From positions 20,460,001 through 20,524,000 of the forward strand of contig CATNEN010000039.1 in NCBI GenBank assembly GCA_950097015.1: a stretch of 64,000 bases of DNA, read 5' to 3'. The position numbers were made by a program, and so were the translations under genes. Positions 44,965 to 58,155 of the stretch are shown here, piece after piece. The notes under the pieces were generated by a model. That model made no database searches. It saw only the letters and a list, made by a program, of their open reading frames with translations, and had not been told where the DNA came from. Source of the stretch: Macrostomum hystrix. Lineage: Eukaryota; Animalia; Platyhelminthes. Within the stretch, counting starts at the first letter, position 1, and the number at the start of each line of letters is the position of its first letter.

Positions 44965-45292
44965 TGGAGAGGGTGGTCAGTGGGAGAGCGGTTAACGCGT
45001 TCGCTTCTCGCACCAAGGTTCCTAAGTTCGATTCCGCGGCGAGGCCACATTTATCAGCCGCGGAGAGAAGGCTTGGTGGCTTGTCGTGCAATTTACGCCC
45101 TTGAGGGCCAACATCCAAGGCACAGTGAGAGTGTACACTGCCTGACGATGAGAAAGTCAGGGCAGATGTACACACCTGTGTGAGCGTGTGCTCAGGATTC
45201 AGTGAAATTAGCAGAATTGCCTCCTCGCTGGCTGCGGGTCCAGTGTCACCATTGCTCGCAGCCCTCCTGCAATTATTATTATTATTGTTATT
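44965..45292 (+). mobile_element. tRNA-derived SINE family A, copy 3 (most complete)
   Basis: A-box gtgggagagcggttaacgcg, B-box agttcgattcc, core hairpin and (ATT)n tail. Confidence 0.88.
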
Positions 45293-46141
45293 AAAGGAGA
45301 GGGTAAAGGCGAGAGTTGAAGGGTTGAACTGTGAAGTAGACTCGATGGAAGCGACAATGTAAAAAGAATAGATTTAATAGAACAGGTGAAGATCTATTCA
45401 ATATAACCAGAGTTGATAAGTAAGAGATTATCAAGCGTTAAATGTGGTACTGATTAGCAGACGCAACCCAAGAACTAGAGCACACTCTAGCATTGTAGAA
45501 AATTTAATTAATAAAAAATGCTAATACACTGGAGCTTAACTCAAAAAAGGAATGTGCCTTATATTAGGAAATTCTCAGGCAAGCTTATTGACTGACTCAT
45601 CCTATAATAGAAAGGCAATTGGCAATGCTTTTAGCAGCGAAATTCAAAACAATGACGCACGATGAAAGAATGGAAAGCACGATACTGATTAGCTGGGATA
45701 AGTCGAGCATTTCTCAGGCAGCAGATAGTAAGCTAAATTCAATAAGCCTTCTATTGTGAAATCTGCTCATTTTTTCATGCAACTTTTTGTCACGAGTCTA
45801 TAACTGAACGCCTCGCTGATTACCTATAGTTTACTAAAATACTGGTAGTTAATAGAGATCCCCTGTATTGACAAGGCTATAGTTTGATAAGCAACAGGTT
45901 TGTTTACCTGTTAAGAACAGGGTCGTTTACATATTAGGAACATATTTGTTTATCTGCTAAGAACAGGTTTGTTAAACCCTTAAAACATGTTTGTTTACAT
46001 ATTCCTTTCATGGCAAAGAATATGATTGTTACCTATTTTAACAGGCTTGTTGCCTAAATGGATAAAGTTTTTAGTTGTAAATAAACTCTTTTAATCGTTT
46101 AATTCAGCATTTTACATATTTAAGTTGGAAGTTAGAGTAGG

Positions 46142-46534
46142 TTTTGAACAAGTTTACCTGTTAGAACAAGCTTACCTGTTAGAACAAGCTTACCTGTTAG
46201 AACAGGCTTATAAGTTAGAACAGGCTTACCTGTTAGAACAGGCCTATAAGTTAGAACAGGCTTACCTGTTAGAACAGGCTTACCTGTTAGAACAGGCTTA
46301 CCTGTTAGAACAGGCTTACCTGTTAGAACAGGCTTACCTGTTAGAAAAGGCTTACCTGTAAGAACAGGCTTACCTGTTAGAACAGGCTTACCTGTTAGAA
46401 CAGGCTTACCTGTTAGAACAGGCTTACCTGTTAGAACAGGCTTATAAGTTAGAACAGGCTTACCTGTTAGAACAGGCTTACCTGTTAGAACAGGCTTACC
46501 TGTTAGAACAGGCTTACCCGTTAGAACAGGCTTC
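46142..46534. repeat. 18-bp minisatellite (TTAGAACAGGCTTACCTG), intergenic
   Basis: Direct inspection. Confidence 0.95.
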
Positions 46535-46849
46535 AAAAATAATTAAACAAGAACAAAACTACCTAAATCTGTGAACAAACATTATTTGTAAATTACAACA
46601 GTTTAAAAAAGTTAATATCATTTACATTGTACAAAGTTTTAAAGCTGCGAATAAAAATATATTATTTGCTAACGACAGTTTAGATTGCACTATAATATTA
46701 AACAATTTTTACAACATCCAGAGGGTAACAAGTTACAGATGATAAATTTATTAAACTTATGGCTAAGCAAATTAGCACAAGTTACGCATAACAAAATAAA
46801 TGTTGATATAAGGACAGCAATAGAAGTACACGAGCTAGACAGCTGTCAA

Positions 46850-49800
46850 TCAAGCTGTTGGCTCAGTTCTCAACGGTATAACATAGCGCTGTGGCACAGC
46901 CAATGACGGCGCAATGCCTTCCGGATATGATGAGTCCTCGAAGAACAGCTGATAGTCTTCGTGTACAGAGGTTGGCGGCTCGTCCACCAGGGCCCGGTAG
47001 AAACAGGTGGTCTGCGGATACAGGGCCAGCACCATCTGGTGGCGAATGGGGATAATCTGTGTTAGACATTATGAATTACAAAATCAAGTCTTTGCAGTAT
47101 GAGACAGTCTGTCTGCTCAACCATTACAGTGAGCTTGCAGCATAAGGTAGGTCCGGAGTTCGAATCTCAGCCCGAGCTGCACAACCATTACAGGTAGCTT
47201 GCAGCATAGGGTAGGTCCGGAGTTCGAATCTCAGCCCAAACTGCACAACCATTACAGGGAGCTTGCAGCATAGGGTAGGTCCGGAGTTCAAATCTCAGCC
47301 CGAGCTGCACAACCATTACAGGGAGCTTGCAGCATAGGGTAGGTCCGGAGTTCGAATCTCAGCCCGAGCTGCACAACCATTACAGGGAGCTTGCAGCATA
47401 GGGTAGGTCCGGAGTTCGAAACGCAGACCAATCTTAAAAAACAATTTGTACCATCGAGCAAGACACAAATAAATTCCTAGTCCTACAGTTTACCCAGCTT
47501 GTAAAATGGGTGTTAGCATTAGCTGGGGTAGAAATTCGTGTGGCCGTCCGCGGCATGAACAGCTGTACACAGCTGTTGCCGGGTCACTAGCCAAACTGTC
47601 ATTAATTATCTATGTAGCATACTAATTATAAGATCATTTTGAACCAGATTTAGGATAACAAAAATCGAATCGGATTACTGGCTAACTAATCCAATGGATT
47701 ATCGAAATAGCAATACAGTTCAAATTTTTTGTAATCCGATCTGTTTTTCGAAATTTTAAGAATAGCATAAAAACGTTTCAAGATTCAATTTTAGATTTTC
47801 AGATTTGAGAATCCAAGATATAAGCTTACTGAATTTGAGGATCAATGATACGGATTATTACATTGAAGGATCCAAAAATAAATTACTGGATTTGCAGATA
47901 ACGGGTTATTGTAGTTGAGATCTAAAATTGGATTTATGGATCTAGGATAGGGTTCTTAGATTTGAGGATCTAGGATAGGGTTCTTAGATTTGAGGATCTA
48001 AGATAGGGTTTTTAGATTTGAGGATCTAGGATAGGGTTCTTAGATTTGAGGATCTGAGATAGGGTTTTCAGATTTGAGGATCTAAGATAGGGTTTTTAGA
48101 TTTGAGGATCTAAGATAGGGTTTTTAGATTTTAGGATCTAAGATAGGACGTTTAGATTTGAGGATATATAGGATAGGGTTCTTAGATTTGAGGATCTAAG
48201 ATAGGGTTTTTAGATTTGAGGATCTAAGATAGGGTTTTTAGATTTGAGGATCTAAGATAGGGTTCTTAGATTTGAGGATCTAAGATAGGGTTTTTAGATT
48301 TGAGGATCTAAGATAGGGTTCTTAGATTTGAGGATCTAAGATAGGGTTTTTAGATTTGAGGATCTAAGATAGGGTTTTTAGATTTGAGGATCTAAGATAG
48401 GGTTTTTAGATTTGAGGATCTAGGATAGGGTTTTTAGATTTGAGGATCTAAGATAGGGTTTTTAGATTTGAGGATCTAGGATAGGGTTCTTAGATTTGAG
48501 GATCTAAGACAGGGTTTTAGATTTGAGGATCTAGGATAGGGTTCTTAGATTTGAGGATCTAAGATAGGACGTTTAGATTTGAGGATCTAAGATAGGGTTT
48601 TTAGATTTCAGGATCTAAGATAGGACGTTTAGATTTGAGGATCTATAGGATAGGGTTCTTAGATTTGAGGATCTAAGATAGGGTTTTTAGATTTGAGGAT
48701 CTATAGGATAGGGTTCTTAGATTTGAGGATCTAAGATAGGGTTTTTAGATTTGAGGATCTAAGATAGGGTTTTTAGATTTGAGGATCTAAGATAGGGTTT
48801 TTAGATTTGAGGATCTAAGATGGGGTTTTTAGATTTGAGGATCAAGATAGGGTTTTTAGATTTGAGGATCAAGATAGGGTTTTAAGATTTGAGGATCAAG
48901 ATAGGGTTTTTAGATTTGAGGATCTAGGATAGGGTTTTTAGATTTGAGGATCTAAGATAGGACGTTTAGATTTGAGGATCTAAGATAGGGTTTTTAGATT
49001 TCAGGATCTAAGATAGGACGTTTAGATTTGAGGATCTATAGGATAGGGTTCTTAGATTTGAGGATCTAAGATAGGGTTTTTAGATTTGAGGATCTAAGAT
49101 AGGGTTTTTAGATTTGAGGATCTAAGATAGGGTTTTTAGATTTGAGGATCTAAGATGGGGTTTTTAGATTTGAGGATCAAGATAGGGTTTTTAGATTTGA
49201 GGATCAAGATAGGGTTTTTAGATTTGAGGATCAAGATAGGGTTTTTAGATTTGAGGATCTAAGATAGGGTTTTTATATTTTAGGATCAAGATAGGGTTTT
49301 TAGATTTGAGGATCTAAGATAGGGTTTTTAGATTTGAGGATCAAGATAGGGTTTTTAGATTTGAGGATCTAAGATGGGGTTTTTAGATTTGAGGATCAAG
49401 ATAGGGTTTTTAGATTTGAGGATCTAAGATGGGGTTTTTAGATTTGAGGATCTAGGATAGGGTTTTTAGATTTGAGGATCTAAGATAGGGTTTTTAGATT
49501 TGAGGATCTAAGATAGGGTTTTTAGATTTGAGGATCAAGATAGGGTTTTTAGATTTGAGGATCTAAGATAGGGTTTTTAGATTTGAGGATCAAGATAGGG
49601 TTCTTAGATTTGAGGATCTAAGATAGGGTTTTTAGATTTGAGGATCAAGATAGGGTTTTTAGATTTGAGGATCAAGATAGGGTTTTTAGATTTGAGGATC
49701 AAGATAGGGTTTTTAGATTTGAGGATCTAAGATAGGGTTTTTAGATTTGAGGATCAAGATAGGGTTTTTAGATTTGAGGATCTAAGATAGGGTTTTTAGA

Positions 49801-52800
49801 TTTGAGGATCAAGATAGGGTTTTTAGATTTGAGGGTCTAAGATAGGGTTTTTAGATTTGAGGATCAAGATAGGGTTTTTAGATTTGAGGATTAAGATAGG
49901 GTTTTTAGATTTGAGGATCTAAGATAGAGTTTTTAGATTTGAGGATCAAGATAGGGTTTTTAGATTTGAGGATCAAGATAGGGTTTTTAGATTTGAGGAT
50001 CTAAGATAGGGTTTTTAGATTTGAGGATCAAGATAGGGTTTTTAGATTTGAGGATCTAAGATAGGGTTTTTAGATTTGAGGATCAAGATAGGGTTCTTAG
50101 ATTTGAGGATCAAGATAGGGTTTTTAGATTTGAGGATCAAGATAGGGTTTTTAGATTTGAGGATCTAAGATAGGGTTTTTATATTTTAGGATCAAGATAG
50201 GGTTTTTAGATTTGAGGATCTAAGATAGGGTTTTTAGATTTGAGGATCAAGATAGGGTTTTTAGATTTGAGGATCTAAGATAGGGTTTTTAGATTTGAGG
50301 ATCAAGATAGGGTTTTTAGATTTGAGGATCTAAGATAGGGTTTTTAGATTTGAGGATCAAGATAGGGTTTTTAGATTTGAGGATTAAGATAGGGTTTTTA
50401 GATTTGAGGATCTAAGATAGGGTTTTTAGATTTGAGGATCTAAGATAGGGTTTTTAGATTTGAGGATCAAGATAGGGTTTTTAGATTTGAGGATTAAGAT
50501 AGGGTTTTTAGATTTGAGGATCAAGATAGGGTTTTTAGATTTGAGGATCAAGATAGGGTTTTTAGATTTGAGGATCAAGATAGGGTTTTTAGATTTGAGG
50601 ATCTAAGATAGGGTTTTTAGATTTGAGGATCAAGATAGGGTTTTTAGATTTGAGGATCTAAGATAGGGTTTTTAGATTTGAGGATCTAAGATGGGGTTTT
50701 TAGATTTGAGGATCAAGATAGGGTTTTTAGATTTGAGGATCAAGATAGGGTTTTTAGATTTGAGGATCAAGATAGGGTTTTTAGATTTGAGGATCTAAGA
50801 TAGGGTTTTTATATTTTAGGATCAAGATAGGGTTTTTAGATTTGAGGATCTAAGATAGGGTTTTTAGATTTGAGGATCAAGATAGGGTTTTTAGATTTGA
50901 GGATCTAAGATGGGGTTTTTAGATTTGAGGATCAAGATAGGGTTTTTAGATTTGAGGATCTAAGATGGGGTTTTTAGATTTGAGGATCTAGGATAGGGTT
51001 TTTAGATTTGAGGATCTAAGATAGGGTTTTTAGATTTGAGGATCTAAGATAGGGTTTTTAGATTTGAGGATCAAGATAGGGTTTTTAGATTTGAGGATCT
51101 AAGATAGGGTTTTTAGATTTGAGGATCAAGATAGGGTTCTTAGATTTGAGGATCTAAGATAGGGTTTTTAGATTTGAGGATCAAGATAGGGTTTTTAGAT
51201 TTGAGGATCAAGATAGGGTTTTTAGATTTGAGGATCAAGATAGGGTTTTTAGATTTGAGGATCTAAGATAGGGTTTTTAGATTTGAGGATCAAGATAGGG
51301 TTTTTAGATTTGAGGATCTAAGATAGGGTTTTTAGATTTGAGGATCAAGATAGGGTTTTTAGATTTGAGGGTCTAAGATAGGGTTTTTAGATTTGAGGAT
51401 CAAGATAGGGTTTTTAGATTTGAGGATTAAGATAGGGTTTTTAGATTTGAGGATCTAAGATAGAGTTTTTAGATTTGAGGATCAAGATAGGGTTTTTAGA
51501 TTTGAGGATCAAGATAGGGTTTTTAGATTTGAGGATCTAAGATAGGGTTTTTAGATTTGAGGATCAAGATAGGGTTTTTAGATTTGAGGATCTAAGATAG
51601 GGTTTTTAGATTTGAGGATCAAGATAGGGTTCTTAGATTTGAGGATCAAGATAGGGTTTTTAGATTTGAGGATCAAGATAGGGTTTTTAGATTTGAGGAT
51701 CTAAGATAGGGTTTTTATATTTTAGGATCAAGATAGGGTTTTTAGATTTGAGGATCTAAGATAGGGTTTTTAGATTTGAGGATCAAGATAGGGTTTTTAG
51801 ATTTGAGGATCTAAGATAGGGTTTTTAGATTTGAGGATCAAGATAGGGTTTTTAGATTTGAGGATCTAAGATAGGGTTTTTAGATTTGAGGATCAAGATA
51901 GGGTTTTTAGATTTGAGGATTAAGATAGGGTTTTTAGATTTGAGGATCTAAGATAGGGTTTTTAGATTTGAGGATCTAAGATAGGGTTTTTAGATTTGAG
52001 GATCAAGATAGGGTTTTTAGATTTGAGGATTAAGATAGGGTTTTTAGATTTGAGGATCAAGATAGGGTTTTTAGATTTGAGGATCAAGATAGGGTTTTTA
52101 GATTTGAGGATCAAGATAGGGTTTTTAGATTTGAGGATCTAAGATAGGGTTTTTAGATTTGAGGATCAAGATAGGGTTTTTAGATTTGAGGATCTAAGAT
52201 AGGGTTTTTAGATTTGAGGACCAAGATAGGGTTTTTAGATTTGAGGATCTAAGATAGGGTTTTTAGATTTGAGGATCTAAGATAGGGTTTTTAGATTTGA
52301 GGATCAAGATAGGGTTTTTAGATTTGAGGATCAAAACTGGTATCGGGTTTTTCTTCAAGAAATATGTATATTAGTCAGAAAGATGGACTGATCGACACAA
52401 TAATCTGCGTAATTATTAATATCATTATTAAAACTGACTAATATAATTTAGCAATCAATACTAGCAACAAGAACAGCGAATTTTGACGAAGAATTTGGCT
52501 ACAATTTTTAGCCAGCTAACTAGATACACAGAGCGTGGGCAGAGAATGATTAGACAAACACCCAATTTAGCCGTCAGTAGATTGAACATGCCGATTCCAA
52601 TCAGGCCAGTCACGACACAAATAATTGGGACAGCTAAGCATACACTCGCTCAGTGTTCATCAATCAGAATCAGCTCTAGCTAGTGTTTTTAAACAAAAAT
52701 TTACCTTGGAAAATATCTCTAGAAAAAGGAAGGTCAAATCTTAAGCAGTGATGAAATAAAAATGTATCGAACTAGAAAATTTAAACGAATTTTAGGAATC

Positions 52801-55800
52801 ATTTAATCCAAGACTTAGGCTTATAAAATAGACTACGAGTAGGGGATATAAAAAATAGCAGATTAGCATTAGACTAAAGGATTTGGAAACTGAGGCTTTG
52901 AATGATCTGGGAAACATCAAACTGGAATTTGAGGATATGGAAGATAACAAACTGGAATTTGAGGATCTGGGAGATAACAAACTGGGATTTGAGGATCTGG
53001 GAGATAACAAACTGGGATTTGAGGATCTGGGAGATAGCAAACTGGGATTCGAGGATGTGGGAGATAACAAACTGGGATTTGAGGATCTGGGAGATAACAA
53101 ACTGGGATTTGAGGATCTGGGAGATAACAAACTGGGATTTGAGGAACTGGGAAACATCAAACTGGAGTTTGAGGATATGGAAGATAACAAACTGGAATTT
53201 GAGGATCTGGGAGATAACAAACTGGGATTTGAGGAACTGGGAGATAACAAACTGGGATTTGAGGAACTGGGAGATAACAAACTGGGATTTGAGGAACTGG
53301 GAAACATCAAACTGGAATTTGAGGATATGGAAGATAACAAACTGGAATTTGAGGATCTGGGAGATAACAAACTGGGATTTGAGGAACTGGGAAACATCAA
53401 ACTGGAATTTGAGGATATGGAAGATAACAAACTGGAATTTGAGGATCTGGGAGATAACAAACTGGAATTTGAGGATCTGGGAGATAACAAACTGGGATTT
53501 GAGGAACTGGGAGATAACAAACTGGGATTTGAGGATCTGGGAAAAAACAAACTGGAATTCGAGGATCTGGGAGATAACAAACTGGGATTTGAGGATCTGG
53601 GAGATAACAATATGGGATTCAAAGGATCTGGGGTATAAAATAACTGGGATTTGGGAATCCGGAATAATTGCAAGATATCGGGTATCTAGGAGAAAATAAT
53701 AAACATTAATTTTCGGTGTATTTAAACAAACTAAGATTTTAAAATGCCCAAAGTATTTGTGCACTCACCTCGCCTTTCTTGAAGATTGCTTCCGGATTTG
53801 TCTCCGGATTGGCCTTCCAAACTGGCAGCGGAATGACGCAATTCTTTGGCAGCGAGTGTCGCCTAGAACGAAATCAATAAGCAGAGAATGGCACTTAAAA
53901 CAGACATTTCCCGAAACATATGTTAATTTAGGATGGCGGGAACAAGTATTATGCTTAAATGCCAGGCACAGCAACAAAATGTAAGCTGGTATATTTTATC
54001 GTATTTAGCAAGATTTAGCAAGGGTCGGTTACACCATCTTTTTCAAAGCTAACAATGCAAAGCTGACACCAAGGCCGTGCATAAAATAGTTTTGGTTTGG
54101 TCTATTTAAAACAACTGTTGGAGCATGCACGATAAGAGCACATGAAAGAGCTCTTTGACAAGACATCGCACCATACTAACGCTCGCATGTTCTTGATTAT
54201 TAATCTTTCATCAATGATCTGCGAATCAACTAACTTCTGTGTCCTTCAATGACCAGTCAGTCAACTACCTCACTGTGTCCTTCAATGACCAGTCAGTCAA
54301 CTACCTCACTGTGTCCTTCAATGACCAGTCATTTAATTACCGGACTGTGTCCTTCAATGACCAGTCATTTAATTACCGGACTGTGTCCTTCAATGACCAG
54401 TAATTAAACTAACTTACTGTGTTCTTCAATGACCAGTCATTTAATTACCGGACTGTGTCCTTCAATGACTAGTAATTAAACTAACTTACTGTGTCTTCCA
54501 ATGACCAGCCATTTAAAGACCTTACTGTGTCTGTCAAAGACCAGTAATTAACTACCTTACATCCTCTGCCAATGACCAGTTTTTTAACTACCTTCCTGTG
54601 TCCGTTAATGACCAGTTACTTAACTACCTTCCTGTGTCCGTTAATGACCAGTTACTTAACTACCTTCCTGTGTCCGTTAATGACCAGTTACTTAACTACA
54701 TTCCTGTGTCCGTTAATGACCAGTTACTTAACTACATTCCTGTGTCCGTTAATGACCAGTTACTTAACTACATTCCGGTGTCCGTTAATGACCAGTTACT
54801 TAACTACCTTCCTGTGTCCGTTAATGACCAGTTACTTAACTACCTTCCTGTGTCCGTTAATGACCAGTTACTTAACTACCTTCCTGTGTGCGTCAATAAC
54901 CAGTAATGAAGCTACCTCACTGTGCAATTCAATGACTAGTTCCAAGCTCCTTACTAGGTAGGCTTGAAGTCAAAGTCAAATTGTTTTTCAAGCTCGTGAC
55001 TAGCGTGCACTTTGCTAAGGAAAGGTGCGCATAGAAACGCGATTCTGAAAGCAAAGGATGGCTAGAATGAGGATAAAATGAAATTAGGAAAAAACTAGCA
55101 AGAGATTATTGGTGCGCAAGCGCTAAAACTACTACTACCACTAAATAGAGGGATGTGAGTAGTAGTAGCAGCGAAATATGCACGTCAAAAAAACACGTTT
55201 TAAAGTCCACTTACTCCGGCCTGCTTGTGGATTTTTGAATGATTTTATCAAGGAGAAAGATAGGAAAACATTATCCTATGTAACAGATTGATGATTTACT
55301 AAAACAAAAGTATGACAAAATAAGCACTCACTCTTTGCCTTCCTCCGCGTCGACGTCAGCAACGTGATACCGGCTATTGACCCACTGATACTTGATAACT
55401 TCAGCCAATATCCAATTATCTTCGCCATCCTCGCGTACTAGGGCCGCTATTTTGTCCCTAGGCTGACAGATGTAGGACGGATCGGGAGGCCTGGAGCCGC
55501 ATAGTGGCGGAGCTTCGTGACCCGGTTCGCCAACCCACAGCGGCAGGGTTCGGGCAGCGTCCTGCAGCAGGGACATTAGTACACCGCGTCGAACTACCGT
55601 CGGGGCGCTGTATTTACTTAGAGACTCCTTGATTTCGCGAATTTCAACGATCAGATCTAACGCCTTCTTTAGGCATCTGAGAATAGGATTAGGAACAGGA
55701 TTCAGTGACCTTTGATTGGCAAACTGTTTCGCATGAAATATTGCTTAACAATATCCGTTATCAACTTAATACTCAAGAATTACTCAGGGGGTAGGTGATA

Positions 55801-56825
55801 TCCCATCAGTGGAGGAGGGATGGGTGATTCCATCAGCGGAAGAGGGTGATCGATTTCAGCAGCGGAGGAGGGGTGGGTGATTTCAGCAGCTGAGGAGGGG
55901 TGGGTGATTCCAGCAGTGGAGGCTGGGGTGGGCGATGTCTGCAGCGGAGGAGGAGTGGGTGATTCCAGCAGTGGAGGCTGGGGTGGGCGATGTCTGCAGC
56001 GGAGGAGGAGTGGGTGATTCCAGCAGTGGAGGCTGGGGTGGGCGATGTCTGCAGCGGAGGAGGAGTGGGTGATTCCAGCAGTGAAGGCTGGGGTGGGCGA
56101 TGTCTGCAACGGAGGAGGGGTGGGTGATTTAAGCAGCGGAGGAGGGGTGGGTCACGTGGGTGATTCCAGCAGTGGAGGTGGGTGATTCCATCAGCGGAAT
56201 CTCGATTCTCATCAAGATTTTACTCAACAGTTCCCCTCCAGCAATCAGACATTAAAGTTTTCATCTTATCTTTTACTCAATCTAAAAAAGTTATGCATAA
56301 ATTAGACAAAAGGCATACCTTAAACTTAAAGTAAAATCATATTTAGTTTTACCTGATTAAACAGATCAGTTATATTATATCAATAGCTAAAGTAACAAAG
56401 AGTGCATGGCTCATTAAATAATTAAATAACAAATTTAACTCACTCTTGCTCACTCTCAGCATCATTCATTGCTTGCATATAGAGTGCCTGCAGCCTATTC
56501 TTAGTCTGTGAGACAACTGCAAAGATGAGTATTAATTATATTATTTGTACTTTAAATGCCTCCATTTTTATAACAATAACTGCAATAGTAAACTAAATAA
56601 ACAAAATACACTCACCACGTGATTCATTGCGAACTTTCTCGCAGATTTTGTTGATTGAATCGATAGTGACATCACTGCTGCTTTTCTCCTTCTAAAATAG
56701 ATCAAAACTTAATTAATTAAAGTAAAACTATAGCTTTTTCATATTAAACTTACAACAGCCTTCTTCAATAATGTGTGTAGTTGGGCCAATTTATCCTGCA
56801 GTAGCTCTTCCTTTTGCTTTGCCAT
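46850..56825 (-). CDS. SGF29: SAGA-associated factor 29 (tandem Tudor H3K4me reader), 6 exons, ~281 aa
   Basis: Exons 56825-56754, 56691-56616, 56516-56444, 55676-55332, 53862-53769, 47035-46850 total 846 nt in frame. Motifs RRGVLMSLLQ..TLPLWVG..PPLCG, WILAEV, DVDAEEGKERH, VIPLPVWKANPETNPEAIF, VLALYPQTTCFYRA, LFEDSSY-like and VPQRYVI. Confidence 0.96.
47118..47605 (+). mobile_element. SINE family B copy whose B-box head segment is tandemly amplified (64-bp unit x ~4.7)
   Basis: Units start at 47118, 47182, 47246, 47310 and 47374, each with gagttcRaa. They are followed by gagcaagacac..tacccagcttgtaaaatgggt, as in 43075-43235. Confidence 0.75.
47935..52333. repeat. 4.4-kb 27/28-bp minisatellite (GATAGGGTTTTTAGATTTGAGGATC[T]AA) with a 1536-bp higher-order duplication, SGF29 last intron
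   Basis: Rare variants recur exactly 1536 bp apart (49275/50811, 49831/51367, 49925/51461, 50181/51717). Confidence 0.97.
52897..53640. repeat. 30-bp minisatellite (TTTGAGGATCTGGGAGATAACAAACTGGGA)
   Basis: Direct inspection. Confidence 0.95.
54236..54940. repeat. 36-bp minisatellite (TGTGTCCGTTAATGACCAGTTACTTAACTACCTTCC)
   Basis: Direct inspection. Confidence 0.93.
55790..56200. repeat. G-rich minisatellite with a 55-bp compound unit
   Basis: gcagcggaggaggagtggg recurs at 55941, 55996 and 56051. Confidence 0.9.
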
Positions 56826-57167
56826 AGTTATAATTTTATTTTATGTACAACTGCAGCTACGTTAACCTGTATAATCGATAGCTGAAAAGGTTAGTTGGTT
56901 TGATCATTAAAGTGCATTGTAGTATGACAAAAAGGTTAAAGTTATGTTAAGGTATCTTAGTAATCAAAAACAGTACTACCAACATAAACTTTCAATAAAC
57001 ACTTGACTGTTAGTAGCTAGAGAACTTAACTATATTTTATCATCTAAGCTTCAAAATAACATAGATAAAATCTAATTTAAATATGGGTTTCAAATGGTAC
57101 CACAAAAAACAACAATGTAAACAAGTAACAATTCTGTGCCTTGGAGGTAGGCACAGAAGGGTGCTAA

Positions 57168-57601
57168 CCCTAATGGAGCGAATTTAAAAAAGCTGCGGAC
57201 ACTCCTGCTAGGCCCGCAGGTGCGCAGTTGGTTTCAAGAAAAAGAGTGCAAATCCGCAATTGCTATATATCTTCAGTCTGACTCAGTGTAGTAATTGATT
57301 TCAGGAAAAAATGTCGAAAGACCTTTTTTGATCTCTGTAGTGTATTTCTAAAAATAGAACAGGTACGTGATGTTTTCGCAAAAATATGTACACATACCAA
57401 ATGACCTTTTTTGATCTCCGTAGTGTATTTCTATAATTAGAACAGCTAAGGTTTAGGGCACAAGGGCACATTGTTATACATCTACATACTTACGACAACT
57501 TTACACACACAAGGCGCGGCTGCGCAGACAGGAATTTCGCAGGCAATTTTCACAAGCACGCCGGACGCTGTCCGCAAAAACCCCTATTGGCTCCAATAGG
57601 G
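57168..57601. mobile_element. Non-autonomous DNA transposon (MITE), copy 1, with 9-bp TSD GGGTGCTAA
   Basis: Imperfect 16-bp TIR ccctaatggagcgaat / attggctccaataggg; gggtgctaa at 57159-57167 and 57602-57610; homologous to 61081-61567. Confidence 0.85.
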
Positions 57602-58155
57602 GGGTGCTAATAGCCCAAGCCCTCTCTCTGTGGCACCAAATTCATGTGTCCTTGCCACAGAATCTAGCTCAGAGACCTTAGTGCAAGAGGCAACTACACA
57701 ATCTGTCACTTAACCCTGTTTTAGTCTAATGCACTTAATACACTACAAATATAAAGCAAACAAGACAGCTGACAAGGAATTTTTTATAAAAAAGTGGTCT
57801 AAAGGCAGTTAGCACAGAAATCACAAGGAAAAGATTTAGATCTTTCTAAATCTAGAAAATAAACTGAAAGGTGACACACAGATAAGAAAAACTCGAAAAA
57901 TCAATTTTAGAAAACTTATATTAAAAATTAAATTAGGCCTAGCTCTAGCTAACTCATATTATAAGAATGTTAGATAGCTATGTGACACATTCATTATTTT
58001 GCTAGTTTTAATGTTTTATTAGATAAATTTGTCTTGACTTAATAGTAGCCAGCTACTACCTATTTAATTGGGCCTACTAGGCCTAGCAAAAGGTTGCCAA
58101 AGCCATAAGGTTGCTAGGCCTATATGTTTAAGAAATATGCTCAATGTAGAGGATG

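Noticed and set aside
44965-45045. Possible tRNA gene (also 4990-5065 and 43165-43230)
   Set aside because: The A/B boxes continue into a shared SINE body and tail, the cloverleaf is degenerate, and there is no clean terminator.
45135-45175. Hammerhead ribozyme suggested by CTGACGA..GAAA in SINE A
   Set aside because: There is no stem II between CUGANGA and GAAA, and CTGAC pairs with GTCAG in a simple hairpin.
47118-47420. CRISPR-like appearance of regularly spaced repeats (also 22020-22900 and other arrays)
   Set aside because: The units are head-to-tail with no unique spacers, there are no cas genes, and the context is eukaryotic spliced genes.
52792-53764. Four long overlapping ORFs (250-296 aa) on both strands
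   Set aside because: They are translations of a 30-bp minisatellite inside an SGF29 intron.
57625-57666. Helitron 3' end (tctgtggca..tgccacaga hairpin followed by CTAG)
   Set aside because: The loop is too long, CTAG is only ~2 nt from the stem, and I found no 5' TC end or second copy.
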